Source of the DNA: an uncultured delta proteobacterium
GTDB lineage: Bacteria > Desulfobacterota > Binatia > UBA9968
NCBI GenBank assembly: GCA_963847445.1
Contig: CAWJZV010000030.1
Location: 352,001 to 416,000 of the forward strand
DNA: 64,000 nt
Direction: 5' to 3'
The position numbers and the translations under genes are program-made. The notes under the pieces were generated by a model. The model saw nothing but the letters and a program-made list of their open reading frames with translations, searched no databases and was not told the origin of the DNA. Positions 10,090-21,361 of this stretch are shown piece after piece (within the stretch, counting starts at the first letter, position 1; every line of letters starts with the position of its first letter).

Positions 10090-10965
10090 TCAGCAAAGCG
10101 CAACCAGCCAGCAGTATATGACCGCGGCTAGTGCAGTGGTGCCGCAGGCCCATTGGATACGCCACTCCGGTGCGCGCGGCGTAACCAACGCGCAGAGCAT
10201 TCCCAGTACGCCGCCAGCCAGGAGGCCGAAGAGATGAGCCCAGATGTCAACGCGCTGTCCATTGCTGCCGAGCATTCCGAGAAGGGCAAGAGCCGCGGCC
10301 ACCGGCAGCCAAGCGCGCCACCGGCTTATGGGGCTGCGGCGGCGCCGCGTCAGCCCGAGGCTGCCGAGCAAACCGACCGCGCCAAAAACCGCCGTCGAGG
10401 CACCGACCGAGACGTGGGGCGAGCCATGGACAAATGCGTTGGCAAGATTACCGCCCGCGCCGGCCAGCAGGACGAGAGCGCCACCGAGCCCCGCACCCAT
10501 CAAGCTGGATACGGCGCTGAGAAATAACGCAGCGGCGACGGCATTGCTCAGTACATGGGCAAAATCGGCATGGAGCGTGAGAGCGGTCACGGTGCGCCAG
10601 AGTTCACCTTGAAGTATCGGCGCAGCGTCGGCGGCACCGCGCGCAAACCAAGGCAGCGCCGCCGGCCATTGCACCGTGATGGAATAAAATATCAGGAGCG
10701 TCAGGCCGACCGCGACGCCGGCGACCAAGCTGCCCGACTCCATGGGCTCGCCTCGCTCCGCTTGTTTGCCCGGATTTTCGCGATCGTATGCCGACAGACT
10801 GGCAAGCGCTCTGGCTACCTCGGTTTCCGCCACGCTAAGAGCATAGCCGTCCGGTGTCAGCCGCAGGCGCGGCGACAGCCCTTGAGCGATGAGCACAAGC
10901 TCCCACTCCTCGGCCAAGTGGCGGTGCACTGTGACGCGCAGATTGGTTTGCGAATCTTGATTCAT
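10090..10965 (-). CDS. Rhomboid family intramembrane serine protease
   Basis: 'ELWRTVTALTLHADFAHVLSN', catalytic 'GASTAVFG', 'AHLFG'. Confidence 0.92.
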   Translation of the reverse strand: MNQDSQTNLRVTVHRHLAEEWELVLIAQGLSPRLRLTPDGYALSVAETEVARALASLSAYDRENPGKQAERGEPMESGSLVAGVAVGLTLLIFYSITVQWPAALPWFARGAADAAPILQGELWRTVTALTLHADFAHVLSNAVAAALFLSAVSSLMGAGLGGALVLLAGAGGNLANAFVHGSPHVSVGASTAVFGAVGLLGSLGLTRRRRSPISRWRAWLPVAAALALLGMLGSNGQRVDIWAHLFGLLAGGVLGMLCALVTPRAPEWRIQWACGTTALAAVIYCWLVALC

Positions 10966-11365
10966 TGACTCGATGGCAAAGTCAGCGAATTGTTCGAGTC
11001 ATCGCGGTCACCGGGTCTGCGGTGCGTACGCAGAGGCTTTTTTAGTTTATCGCGCAGCGGTGCCGAGCCACGGGCGAGCACTGGGATTTTTGTTGCAGCA
11101 CAATCGCCGTTAGCGGAAACCAGATCTCGGCTAAGCGGTTGTCCGGTTGGATTCATACTGAGGGGAAGAAAAGTCAATGAACTAAGGCCAGGCCCGAATC
11201 ATCGCAATCATGGCAATCATCGCCGATAGGCGCGAGTGGCGAAACGGCCGCGGCCGTTGGCTCACGTCACCGGGTGAAATTTGCCTGGACGGTTGGCGAT
11301 AAGGCAAACCTCGATGCTCACGGCTCTACCGCAGAACCTACCGTTTGCCTTCCATGAAAGTGCGC

Positions 11366-11635
11366 TCAATATTCCGACGGCGCCGGTTTCACAACTTTTT
11401 TTACTTCCTCAGCCGCACCGTTAGTCGCATCCCGAGCGCCCGCACCAATTGAGCGAGTGACATCCCGGGTGCCATGGCCGATCTCTCTGGTAATATCCCG
11501 AGCGCCATGACCGATTTCTTTACTCACATCGCGGGTCGTGTGGCCAATGGTTCGACCAGCTTCTTTAATTTGTCCGCAAGCCGGTAAAGCACCACAAAGA
11601 ACTAACGCTACAGTTTTAACCACAAGCTTGAACAT
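11366..11635 (-). CDS. Small lipoprotein with 11-residue repeats
   Basis: Lipobox LPAC; four IG(H/A)xxRD repeats at 11-aa spacing. Confidence 0.7.
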   Translation of the reverse strand: MFKLVVKTVALVLCGALPACGQIKEAGRTIGHTTRDVSKEIGHGARDITREIGHGTRDVTRSIGAGARDATNGAAEEVKKVVKPAPSEY

Positions 11636-11792
11636 TTTTTTCCAGACTTCTCCGCACTCCCAGCGGCGATATCAAGTATACCAGCTTTGGGGAATTGGCG
11701 AAGAGCCGGCATGACGAGATCATCAACACATAGAAACTCACTTACTGGCGAGGCTGCGAAATTCACAATTTGCCTGCAAAAGATCGAAATCG

Positions 11793-11858
11793 TGGACACT
11801 TTTTGGACACTTTACCGATTTAAGACAGGTCCAATCGCTGCAAGTAGTAGATTTAAAA
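11793..11858. mobile_element. att-like remnant at tRNA 3' end (arm-type direct repeats plus IHF-like site)
   Basis: TGGACACTTT at 11793-11802 and 11804-11813; CAAGTAGTAGATT resembles the IHF consensus; directly abuts tRNA 3' end. Confidence 0.55.
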
Positions 11859-11932
11859 TGCCCCCGGCGCGATTCGAACGCGCGGCCTCAGGATTAGGAA
11901 TCCTGCGCTCTATCCACCTGAGCTACGGGGGC
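11859..11932 (-). tRNA. tRNA-Arg(CCT)
   Basis: Reverse complement GCCCCCGTAGCTCAGGTGGATAGAGCGCAGGATT-CCT-AATCCTGAGGCCGCGCGTTCGAATCGCGCCGGGGGCA folds to a cloverleaf; CCA not encoded. Confidence 0.96.
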
Positions 11933-12057
11933 GAATGGATTTTCTTGGCGAAGCCAGTGTTGTTTTGTCGCTGGCTCGGCTATTTGTTACCATCAATGGC
12001 GAAGTCGGGTCAATCGAGGCGGCGACATTCTGGCAAGGAAGCGTGATTGCGACTTTT

Positions 12058-12333
12058 ATGAAACGAAAAACAGCGCGGCAAAGACCACAAACCAGGCTCA
12101 CGGTGATTTTTTTACCGGCAGCACTGGCAATTTTTCTAACGCTACTCCATGGCTGTGCCGTCGGACAGCGCCCGCTGTCGATCAAAATGTTCAACGCCCA
12201 GACCAACACCACGCTTAACTGTGAAGCCCGCGATCTGGGCCGGGCCGATCGCGAGATGCTCGCCGACACCGTCGAAAGCTGCGCCCGCCAGTTGGAGAGA
12301 AGCGGCTTCGCGCGCCAGAGTAGCACGCCCTGA
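12058..12333 (+). CDS. Hypothetical lipoprotein
   Basis: Basic N-terminus, hydrophobic stretch, lipobox LHGC, two further Cys. Confidence 0.6.
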   Translation: MKRKTARQRPQTRLTVIFLPAALAIFLTLLHGCAVGQRPLSIKMFNAQTNTTLNCEARDLGRADREMLADTVESCARQLERSGFARQSSTP

Positions 12334-12510
12334 AAGGCCAAGCCGGCTTGACGGCGGGAATCCTTTCCGGTTACTTTCACGTTTCGGAAATTCTCGGGTT
12401 CATGCAAGATTGCAACGGCCTCAAAATGGAATCGCGTCTGCCGTGCTGACGCGCGAAACGGGAGTCCGCTGCGGGTAGTGGTTCAGTTTAATTATTGGCC
12501 GGGCTGCAAG

Positions 12511-12604
12511 GATCGGAAAGGATTTCTCGCGTCGCTCGAAATGACAGATTCCGGTCGCTGTCATCCCGAAAGAAGAGAGGGATCTTTCCGAACTGAACCA
12601 CCAC
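12511..12604. repeat. REP/MITE-like palindromic intergenic repeat
   Basis: GATTTCTCGC..CTCGAAATGACA / TGTCATCCCGA..GGGATCT; related copies near 21890, 31460, 32428, 35008, 60512. Confidence 0.7.
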
Positions 12605-12679
12605 ATATGCAGCAGTCGAACTTGACTTTGACCCGACCGAGACATAACTTAGACCTCTAAGGTCCATCTAGGAGGAAAC

Positions 12680-13851
12680 ATGGCCAAGAGTTTTCAAGAT
12701 ATCATGGCCGAGGCGCGCAAGGAGATCCCCGAAGCGTCGCCGCAGCAAGTCAGCGAACTGTTGAAGAACAACGGCAAGTCGCCGGTTTTACTTGATGTTC
12801 GCGAGAGCGACGAGTGGCGCCAGGGTCATCTGGAGGGAGCGATTCCGCTGCCCCGCGGCTTTCTCGAAATCAAAGTCGAAACCGCGATTCCCGACAAGAA
12901 CACGCCGATCGTCGCCTATTGCGCCGGCGGCGTGCGCTCGCTTTTGGCCGCCAAAGTCATGCGCGAGATGGGCTATCAAAACGTCACTTCCATGGCCGGC
13001 GGTTACGGCGCCTGGAAGAACGGCGGCTTCAAGTGGGTGCAGGATTTTCAGTACACACCCGAGCAGCTGATCCGTTACAGCCGCCATTTTCTCCTGCCGG
13101 AAGTCGGCGAAGACGGCCAGGCTAAATTGCTCCAAGCGAAAGTTTTGATGGTCGGCGCCGGCGGCCTGGGCTCGCCTGTCAGCTTACTATCTTGCGGCGG
13201 CCGGTGTCGGCACAATCGGCATCATCGACAACGACGTCGTCGATATTTCCAACTTGCAGCGGCAAATCCTGCACGCCAACGACCGCGTCGGCATGCCCAA
13301 GGTCGAGTCGGCGAAGAAAACTCTGGAAGGTCTAAATCCGGACGTGAAGGTGATCCCGTATCAGGCCAAGCTCACGTCGGAGAACATCATGGAGATCTTG
13401 AAGGATTACGACTTGGTGATCGACGGCTGCGATAATTTTCCCGACGCGCTATCTGGTCAACGACGCTTGCGTGCTCACCGGCAAGCCCAACGTCCATGGC
13501 AGTATTTTTCAGTTCGAGGGACAGGCGACGGTTTTTTATCCGGGCAAAGGCCCCTGCTACCGCTGCTTGTATCCCGAGCCGCCTCCGGCGGAAATGGCGC
13601 CGAGCTGCGCCGAAGCCGGCGTCCTGGGCGTGCTGCCTGGATTGATCGGCGTCATCGAAGCGTTGGAAGCGGTGAAGTTAATTCTCGGCAAAGGCGACAG
13701 CTTGGTCGGCCGGCTGCTGCATTTCAACACGCTGACCATGGAGATCAACACGCTTAAGCTGCGCCGCGATCCCAACTGCCCGATGTGCGGCGACAATCCG
13801 ACGATCAAAGAGCTTATCGACTACGAGGAGTTCTGTTCCTTGCGCCACTAG
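12680..13851 (+). CDS. moeB: Rhodanese-MoeB (MoeZ-like) adenylyltransferase/sulfurtransferase (frameshifted)
   Basis: N-terminal rhodanese 'YCAGGVRS'; ThiF 'RYSRH', 'GAGGLGSP', 'NLQRQ', 'PCYRC', 'CPMCG' in three successive frames. Confidence 0.92.
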
Positions 13852-14684
13852 ACGATGGCGGTTTGTTCGAGTAGGTGGAGCGGCGGCTGTTGAAGCCGCC
13901 GCTTTTTTTTGGCGTGATCACCGGGCGGCGCTCGACTCCTGATCGTGCCTGGTTTGGCCAGACCCACGGCAATTTTGAGCGCCATGACTTCGCTTTGGTA
14001 CAACGGTCGCAGTTCACCGACCGGCAAGCGATCCCAGTTCAATCGGCCCGACCTTGATGCGAATGAGTTTCTCGACGAAGTAATTGAGCGCTTCGAACAT
14101 CCGGCGCACTTCGCGCTTCTTGCCCTCGTGAACTTCGATTTCGACCCAAGCGTTTTTGCGCAGCTTCTCGATCACCCGCACCCGCGCCGGCGCGGTCATG
14201 CCGTCTTCCAGGCGGATGCCTTTGCGCAAGATCGCGAAGTCATCTTCAGTCGGACAGGCGCTCAAGCTTCACTTGATAGAGCTTTGGAATGCCGTACCTG
14301 GGATGGGCGATGCGCATGGCCAAGCTCGCCGTCGTTGGTCAAGAGCAACAACCCCGTGGTGTTGTAGTCCAAGCGACCCACAGGAAAGACCCGCTTTTTC
14401 TCGCCCAGGCGCGCGACATACGGCGTGATGTCCGGCCGGTGCTGCGGATCGTTCAAGGTCGTGATGACGCCAGGCGGTTTGTGCAGCGCATAGTAAAGCG
14501 GCTCGGCGGCGGACTTCACCCGCTTGCCGTCGATCTTGATGCTGTCTTTGAAGGGATCGGCTTGGGAGCCCAATTTGTCGACCACGGTGCCATTGACCGT
14601 AATGCGCCCCTCGACGATCCAGCGCTCCGCCTCCCGGCGCGAAGCCAAGCCCGCCCGGGCGATAATTTTTTGCAGCCGTTCCAT
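13814..14684 (-). CDS. rluB: rRNA pseudouridine synthase RluB/RsuA family (frameshifted)
   Basis: S4 'MERLQKIIARAGLASRREAE', catalytic 'VGRLDYNTTGLLLLTNDGEL', 'EGKKREVRRM'; follows scpB. Confidence 0.9.
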
Positions 14685-14696
14685 CTGGTTTAGCGC

Positions 14697-15272
14697 TTAA
14701 CTTTCTTCGGCCTGTTCGAGCGGGATCACGTCGCGGGATATCTCCGGCAGCGAGATTTCGTCAGTCTCCTTGAGTGTCGGCAAATCGGTCAAGTCTTTGA
14801 GATTGAACAACTGTAGGAACTCCGCCGTCGTGCCATATAGAAACGGCCGTCCCGGCACATCCTTGCGCGCCACCGCGCGAATCAAATTGCGCTCCAAGAG
14901 CGTCGTAATCACGCCGTCGACATCGACGCCGCGAATCGATTCGATCTCCGCTTTGGTGATCGGCTGGCGGTAAGCGATAATCGCCAAGGTCTCCAAGGTC
15001 GCCCGGCCCATGCGCGCCGGCCGGCCGCCGAGGAGTTTTTTTACCCAATCGCCGTTGATCTTGGCGGTGCGCAGTTGATAGCCGCCGGCCACCTCAACCA
15101 ATTGCAAACCGCGGCTCGGCGCTTCGAGATCGCTTTGCAGTTCCTGAAGCAGCCCGTGAATCATCTCCTTGTCGACGCCATCGACAACTTCGGCGAATCG
15201 CTGCACGGTCAGCGGCCCATCGGCGACGAACAGCAAACTTTCCAAGATCGATTTGACTTCCTCACGCTCCAT
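14697..15272 (-). CDS. scpB: SMC-Scp complex subunit ScpB
   Basis: 'LETLAIIAYRQPITKAEIESIRGV', 'PGRPFLYGTT'. Confidence 0.96.
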   Translation of the reverse strand: MEREEVKSILESLLFVADGPLTVQRFAEVVDGVDKEMIHGLLQELQSDLEAPSRGLQLVEVAGGYQLRTAKINGDWVKKLLGGRPARMGRATLETLAIIAYRQPITKAEIESIRGVDVDGVITTLLERNLIRAVARKDVPGRPFLYGTTAEFLQLFNLKDLTDLPTLKETDEISLPEISRDVIPLEQAEES

Positions 15273-15283
15273 AGGGATCTTCC

Positions 15284-16036
15284 TCAGCCTGATCGAGCAC
15301 CACGCTGCTCAGCGACGCCGTCCATGTCGGCCGCGGCCTCGATCTTGATCGGCCCGGCCATTTCCTCCTGAAAGATACGAATCGCCCGGACCTTGACCAA
15401 CTCCAACATGGCGAGAAAGGTCACGATGATCTCCATGCGCGAACTGACCTCGGCGAAGAGCGATTCGAACAGGATCGAGCTCTGCGCCCGCAGGATATCG
15501 AGCAGATGGGTCATCTTCTCGCGCACCGTGATCTTTTCCAGCGTAACCTCGTGAAAAGTATCCTTGGGCAAGCGGTCGATAATGCGCTTCAACGCCGCCA
15601 GCAGCTCGAACACCGACACCTCGCGAAAGCCGCGCGGTCCGGCCTCTTCGGTGGGTGAAGCCGAACGGGCGAACACGTCGCGGCTCAACACCTCGCGCTG
15701 GTCGAGATCCTGCGCCGCTTCCTTGTAGCGCTGGTATTCGAGCAGACGGCGCACCAACTCATCGCGCGGGTCGAACCCTTCATCCTCATCGTCGCCGCCG
15801 TCGTCGCCCGCCGGCAGCAGCATGCGCGACTTGATGTGGATCAACGTCGAGGCCATGACCAAAAACTCTCCGGCGACATCCAGACTCAAGGTCTGCAACA
15901 GGTCGAGGGTCGCTAGATACTGCTCGGTGATGGTCGCGATCGGAATATCGGTGATGCTGACTTCGTTCTTCTTGATCAGATGCAGCAGCAGGTCGAGAGG
16001 ACCTTCGAAAATTTCCAATTCGACGCGGGTACTCAC
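15284..16036 (-). CDS. scpA: Segregation and condensation protein A
   Basis: 'FEGPLDLLLHLI', 'IKSRMLLP', 'TFLAMLELVK'. Confidence 0.96.
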   Translation of the reverse strand: MSTRVELEIFEGPLDLLLHLIKKNEVSITDIPIATITEQYLATLDLLQTLSLDVAGEFLVMASTLIHIKSRMLLPAGDDGGDDEDEGFDPRDELVRRLLEYQRYKEAAQDLDQREVLSRDVFARSASPTEEAGPRGFREVSVFELLAALKRIIDRLPKDTFHEVTLEKITVREKMTHLLDILRAQSSILFESLFAEVSSRMEIIVTFLAMLELVKVRAIRIFQEEMAGPIKIEAAADMDGVAEQRGARSG

Positions 16037-17012
16037 AGTCCCAGAGCCTCTCTGACTTCAGTCATGGTTTCGCTGGCCTTGTGCTGTGCGACGCCTGGTT
16101 GCCAGCGAGCAAAATATCTTCGACATCCTGCGGCCGCTGCTCCAACGCCGCGCGCTTCTCCGTGATCGGCGCCAACTGCGCCACTACATGTTTGATCATG
16201 ATTTTTTTACAATCGAGACAGCCGATTCCGGCCGTGCGGCAACCTTGAGACACCTCGGCGATTTCTTCCGGCGTCGAATAGATTTTATGAAATTGAAACG
16301 CCGGGCACTTCTCCGGCTCGCCGGGATCGCTGCGCCGCACCCGCGCCGGATCGGTGATCATCTTGCTCAGCTTCTGATCGATCTCCTTGGGGCTGTCCGA
16401 GAGCATTACCGCGTTACCGAAGCTCTTGCTCATCTTACGGCCGTCGAGCCCTGGCAGCTTCTGGGTTTCGGTCAGCAGAACCTCAGGCTCTGGAAAGATC
16501 GGCGTGTAAACCTGATTGAAACGACGCACGATCTCGCGGGTCAACTCCACATGGGGCGCCTGGTCGACACCTACGGGAACTTTGTTGGCCTTATACATCG
16601 TAATATCGGCCGCCTGAAGCACTGGATAGCCGAGAAATCCATAGGTCGACAGATCCTTGCCGATCAACTCCTTGATCTGATCCTTATAAGTCGGGTTACG
16701 CTCAAGCCAAGGGACCGGCACGATCATCGAATAGAGCAGATGCAGTTCGGCATGCTCCTTAACCCGCGACTGGCGAAACACCACCGCCTTGGCCGGATCG
16801 AGGCCGACGCTCAACCAATCCATGACCATCTCGATGGTGTTCTGATTGATCCCCTGCGGCGTCGCATAATCGGTCGTCAGCGCGTGCCAATCGGCAACGA
16901 AAAAGTAGCATCGATAGTCGTCTTGCAGCTTGAGCCAATTGGTCAACGCGCCAAAATAATGTCCAAGATGAAGCCGTCCGGTGGGCCGCATGCCGCTAAC
17001 GATGGTGTCCAT
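16033..17012 (-). CDS. trpS: Tryptophanyl-tRNA synthetase (frameshift near 3' end)
   Basis: 'SGMRPTGRLHLGHY', 'YPVLQAADI', 'KMSKS'. Confidence 0.96.
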
Positions 17013-17134
17013 TTCTCCTCAATTAAACATCCGCCGGCTATATGCCGGGGCGATTCTGATTACGTTGTCGCAATGGCCACTTTGTCTTTTTCGTCTTCCC
17101 GCCAAGGCGGGAATCGGTGACGGTCAGCATCCCG

Positions 17135-17854
17135 TCATACCGATGAAAAAGCATGTCCTCGCTTAAAAGTGACAAATGCAATCCTCCCCGAGAAGGACAT
17201 TAGAAAATCGCCAAATAAAGTTTCAACAAGAATTCCGTCGGTCCCGTCGATGAACCGATCGATCACGCGGGTGTATAAGAGCCCAATGAGGAGCAACATG
17301 CCAAAGCGCTCGACGCCGGCGACTTTGGACGACCAGGGCTCCGGCAACAAGCCAACCAGGACTCTGCCGCCATCCAACGGCGGTATCGGAAACATGTTAA
17401 ACACCGCCAACGAGATATTGATCAATAAACCGCCCTGGGCCATCAGCACCAGCGTGGTCAAGACGGCGGAGTTTCCTAAATCCGCCCTGCTTTGCGGCAG
17501 GAACAGCCGCCACATCAGCACGAAACCCAACGCCAGCAACAAGTTCATCACCGGTCCAGCCAAAGCGACCCATACCATGTCGCGCTTGGGATTGCGCAGG
17601 TTGTAAAAATTCACCGGCACCGGCTTGGCGTAACCGAAGACAAACGGCGAATTGACCAAGATCAACATCGCCGGCACGAGAATCGTCCCAAACAAGTCGA
17701 TATGCGCGATCGGATTGAGCGTCAGCCGGCCCAGATTTTTAGCCGTCGGATCGCCCAGCCGGTTCGCCACCCAACCGTGGGCAACCTCATGAAAAACCAC
17801 AGCTACAAGAACGGGAAACGCCCAAATGGCAATTTTCTGGATGGTGTCTTCCAA
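17135..17854 (-). CDS. Site-2 protease (peptidase M50)
   Basis: HEVAH zinc motif, 'ALAGP', 'FNMFPIPPLDGG'; probable TTG start at 17854. Confidence 0.92.
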   Translation of the reverse strand: MEDTIQKIAIWAFPVLVAVVFHEVAHGWVANRLGDPTAKNLGRLTLNPIAHIDLFGTILVPAMLILVNSPFVFGYAKPVPVNFYNLRNPKRDMVWVALAGPVMNLLLALGFVLMWRLFLPQSRADLGNSAVLTTLVLMAQGGLLINISLAVFNMFPIPPLDGGRVLVGLLPEPWSSKVAGVERFGMLLLIGLLYTRVIDRFIDGTDGILVETLFGDFLMSFSGRIAFVTFKRGHAFSSV

Positions 17855-18009
17855 TAACTTCTCGCGGCGAGATGCTGCTATAGAAATACGGTATGAAATG
17901 CGAAAACACAAGGCGAGAGCGGGCTATTCGGGGCGGTGCAACATTAGCATTGAAAGACTCACCGTCAGATTGAACATGTCGAACGAGGTCCATGCGCGCT
18001 CAGGTTGGG

Positions 18010-18404
18010 CATCTGAAACAAATCCGCCGATACGGCGAGGGCGATCCGTGGGCCGATGGACGAATGCGCCGTGTAAGTCATCGCATAGCTCTGGAACCTT
18101 TCCACGAACGTGATGCGCGGATCCTCACAGCCGACGCTGCCGTCAGACCGAAGCTCGTAATCCGCTTCCGGTTCCAGTGCAATGCCGAGCCGCTCGACGC
18201 CTGTCGGGTTGCCGGCGTCATCAAACCGAACTCGGACAATGCCATGCGCGAATAATTGCCGCGCGCGACGAGTCGCGGAAACAGGTAGAGCTTGCCATCA
18301 GGTCCACGAATGGCAGCCGGATTGAGGACACCTTCAGCCTCCAGCAAATTGCGCGGTTCCGGCTCCATCACCTGCCGCAAGCGCTGCAACTGAAAGCCGG
18401 TCAT
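18010..18404 (-). pseudogene. Glycoside hydrolase family 130-like N-terminal fragment
   Basis: '[23 protein letters not shown]', 'GCEDPRITF', 'MTYTAF..GPRIALAVS' across frames; truncated after about 130 codons. Confidence 0.7.
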
Positions 18405-18409
18405 CTCGA

Positions 18410-21349
18410 CTGCTCGATGAGTTTGTTGTCGTAAAAGTAATCTAAACAAGCAGAGGTCGCTTCGACGCCCTATTTCGTCTGAGTGCCATCTCTGACCTCG
18501 ATAATGACGGCTCCCCGCGAATGGCTTGTTTGGCGTAGGCGGCCTTGGGGCCGAGTTGGGCCACGCGATCGTTCGGTGCAGTCGCCGGAGGAAGCTGTGA
18601 AAGCGTTTGCCAAGTCGGCGCGATCGGAGCTCATGAACGCGCGCGTGGAGGATCACATCGGCGACGAGATGGAAACGGTCCAAGTCGTTCATCACCACCA
18701 TGTCGAAAGGCGTCGAGGTCGTGCCCTCCTCTTTGTAACCGCGCACATGGAGGTTTTCGTGGTTGGTGCGCCGATAGGTGAGCCGATGGATCAGCCAGGG
18801 ATAACCGTGATAGGCGAAGATGATCGGTTTGTCGGTGGTGAAGAGCACGTCGAACTCTTTATCGCTCAGTTCGTCGTCAGAGATCTTGTCCAGCTCGACG
18901 CCCGCGATGGCCAAATCGTCGGCTGAAGCGATACCGATATCTCGCGCAATCGCCGTCGCGGTGTGCGGATGGTCACCGGTAATCATCACTACGCCAATGC
19001 CGGCGGCGCGACATTTTGCCACGGCATCTTTGGCCTCCTGACGCGGCGGATCATACATTCCCGATAGACCCACGAATACGAGATCGTGCTCCACGGCCTC
19101 CGCCGTGAGGCCGGCGGGCGAAGCGTTGTCCAGGTTGCGATAGGCCGAACCGAGCACACGCAGAGCTTGCTCGGCCATCGCGGTGTTTTGCGCCACGATG
19201 TTCCGGCGGTCCTCGTCCGTCATGGGACGGACTCCGGTGCTGCTGTAAAGGTTTGCGCAACGCTCTAACAACACGTCGGGCGCGCCGTTAACGAAGGCGC
19301 GGAGCTTCCCATCCGGCATCTTGCGAACACCGTGCGGATGTTTGCGCTCGGAGTCGAGCGGTAGCTCATCAGATGCGCGAACCACGATGATCACCGCCGG
19401 ACTTTGAGTGTGGGAAAATATTGCCGCAGCAATTCCACCGCGGCCAGGGTTTCGAGCGTCGGCACGTCGCCACAGCACACCATGACGACATCGGGCTCGC
19501 CGCCCTGATCGTTGCTCGCCCAGGGCCAGATGCCGATGCCGGCGCTGCAATGCTTAATCGCGGCGTCCATGTCGAGCCACTGCGGCGCGGGTTGCTTGCC
19601 GGCGACGATGACGTTCACGCAATTGCGGCTGCGCAGGCAGTAATCCGTCACCGAAAGCAACGTGTTGGCGTCGGGCGGCAGATAGACCCGGATGATTTCC
19701 GCCTTCTTGTTGACCACATGGTCGATGAAACCGGGGTCCTGATGGCTGAAGCCGTTGTGGTCCTGGCGCCAGACATGGGACGTGAGCAAGTAATTCAGCG
19801 AGGCGATGGGGCGACGCCAGGGGATGTCGCGCGTGACCTTGAGCCACTTGGCGTGCTGATTGAACATCGAATCGACGATGTGAATGAACGCTTCGTAGCA
19901 GGAGAAAAACCCGTGACGGCCGGTGAGCAGGTAGCCTTCCAGCCAGCCTTCGCACTGATGCTCGCTCAACATCTCCATCACGCGGCCGTCCGGGGCGACG
20001 TGATCGTCGCCGGGAACTATTTCCGCCGTCGAGCAACGGTTCGTCTCTTCGAACACGCCGCCCCAGCGGTTCGAGGAGGTTTCGTCCGGGCTAAAAACGC
20101 GGAAGTTTTGCCGATTCGCTTTGATCACGTCGCGGATGAACTCGCCCTGAACGCGGGTGGCTTCGCCGTCGACGGCGCCGGGCTTTGGCACTTTCACTGC
20201 GTAGCTGCGGAAATCAGGCAGGCGCAGGTCGCGTAGCAGGAGCCCGCCGTTGGCGTGGGGATTGGCGCTCATGCGGCACTCGCCCTTCGGCGCGAGCTCT
20301 GCGAGTTCGGCGCGCAACTTGCCCGCCCGGTCGAACAACTCCTGCGGGCGGTAACTCTTCAGCCACTTCTGCAAAATCTTCACATGCCCTGGATGACTCA
20401 TGTCGCCCATCGGCACCTGGTGCGAGCGAGACGTGCCTTCGCTCGGTTTGCCATCGACCATTTTCGGGCCGGTCCAACCCTTCGGCGAGCGCAAAATAAT
20501 CATCGGCCAGCGCGGCCGTGCCTTGAACCCGTTGGTACGGGCATCGCGTTGGATGCGCCGAATGTCGGCCACGACAACGTCGAGTGTAGCGGCCATGAGT
20601 TGGTGCATCTTGATCGGGTCCTCGCCCTCGACGAAATACGGCGTGTAACCATAGCCTCGGAAAAGCGCTTCCAGTTCGTCATGGGGAATGCGCGCCAGCA
20701 CGGTGGGGCCGGCAATCTTGTAGCCGTTTAAATGCACAATCGGCAACACGGCGCCGTCGTGGACCGGATTCAAAAATTTGTTCGAGTGCCAGCTGGTGGC
20801 GAGCGGGCCGGTCTCCGCTTCGCCGTCGCCGACAACGCACGCGACCAGCAGGTTGGGATTGTCGAACGCCGCACCAAAAGCGTGCGACAGCGAATAGCCC
20901 AGTTCGCCGCCCTCGTGAATCGAACCGGGCGTCTCCGGCGCAACGTGGCTCGGAATGCCGCCGGGAAAGGAGAACTGCTTGAACAGCCGCTGCATCCCGT
21001 CTTCGTCTTGCGCGATGTTGGGATAGACTTCGCTATAGGTGCCTTCGAGGTAGGCGTTCGCCACCAACCCAGGCCCGCCGTGGCCCGGGCCAGTGATGTA
21101 GATGACGTTAAGGCCATGTTCCTTGATGACTCGGTTCAAGTGCACATAGATGAAGTTCAGCCCAGGCGTCGTGCCCCAATGGCCGAGCAAGCGCGGTTTG
21201 ATATGGGCCAGCTTGAGCGGCTGCTTCAGCAGTGGATTGTCATACAGATAAATCTGTCCGACCGAGAGGTAGTTCGCCGCGCGCCAATAGGCGTCGATCT
21301 TGCGCAGCGATTCTGCACTAAGTGTCTTTGAGTTCGTTTTGGTTTTCAT
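18410..21349 (-). CDS. xfp: Phosphoketolase (Xfp); 3' end disrupted/mosaic
   Basis: 'GHWGTTPG', 'HEGGELGY', TPP motif 'GDGEAETG', '[12 protein letters not shown]', '[13 protein letters not shown]', '[10 protein letters not shown]'. Confidence 0.92.
18870..19370 (-). pseudogene. Internal fragment of a cation-transporting P-type ATPase embedded in xfp
   Basis: 'ELPLDSERK', '[11 protein letters not shown]', 'ALRVLG.AYR', 'GMYDPPR', '[14 protein letters not shown]'. Confidence 0.85.
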
Positions 21350-21361
21350 GGCAGTATTGGT

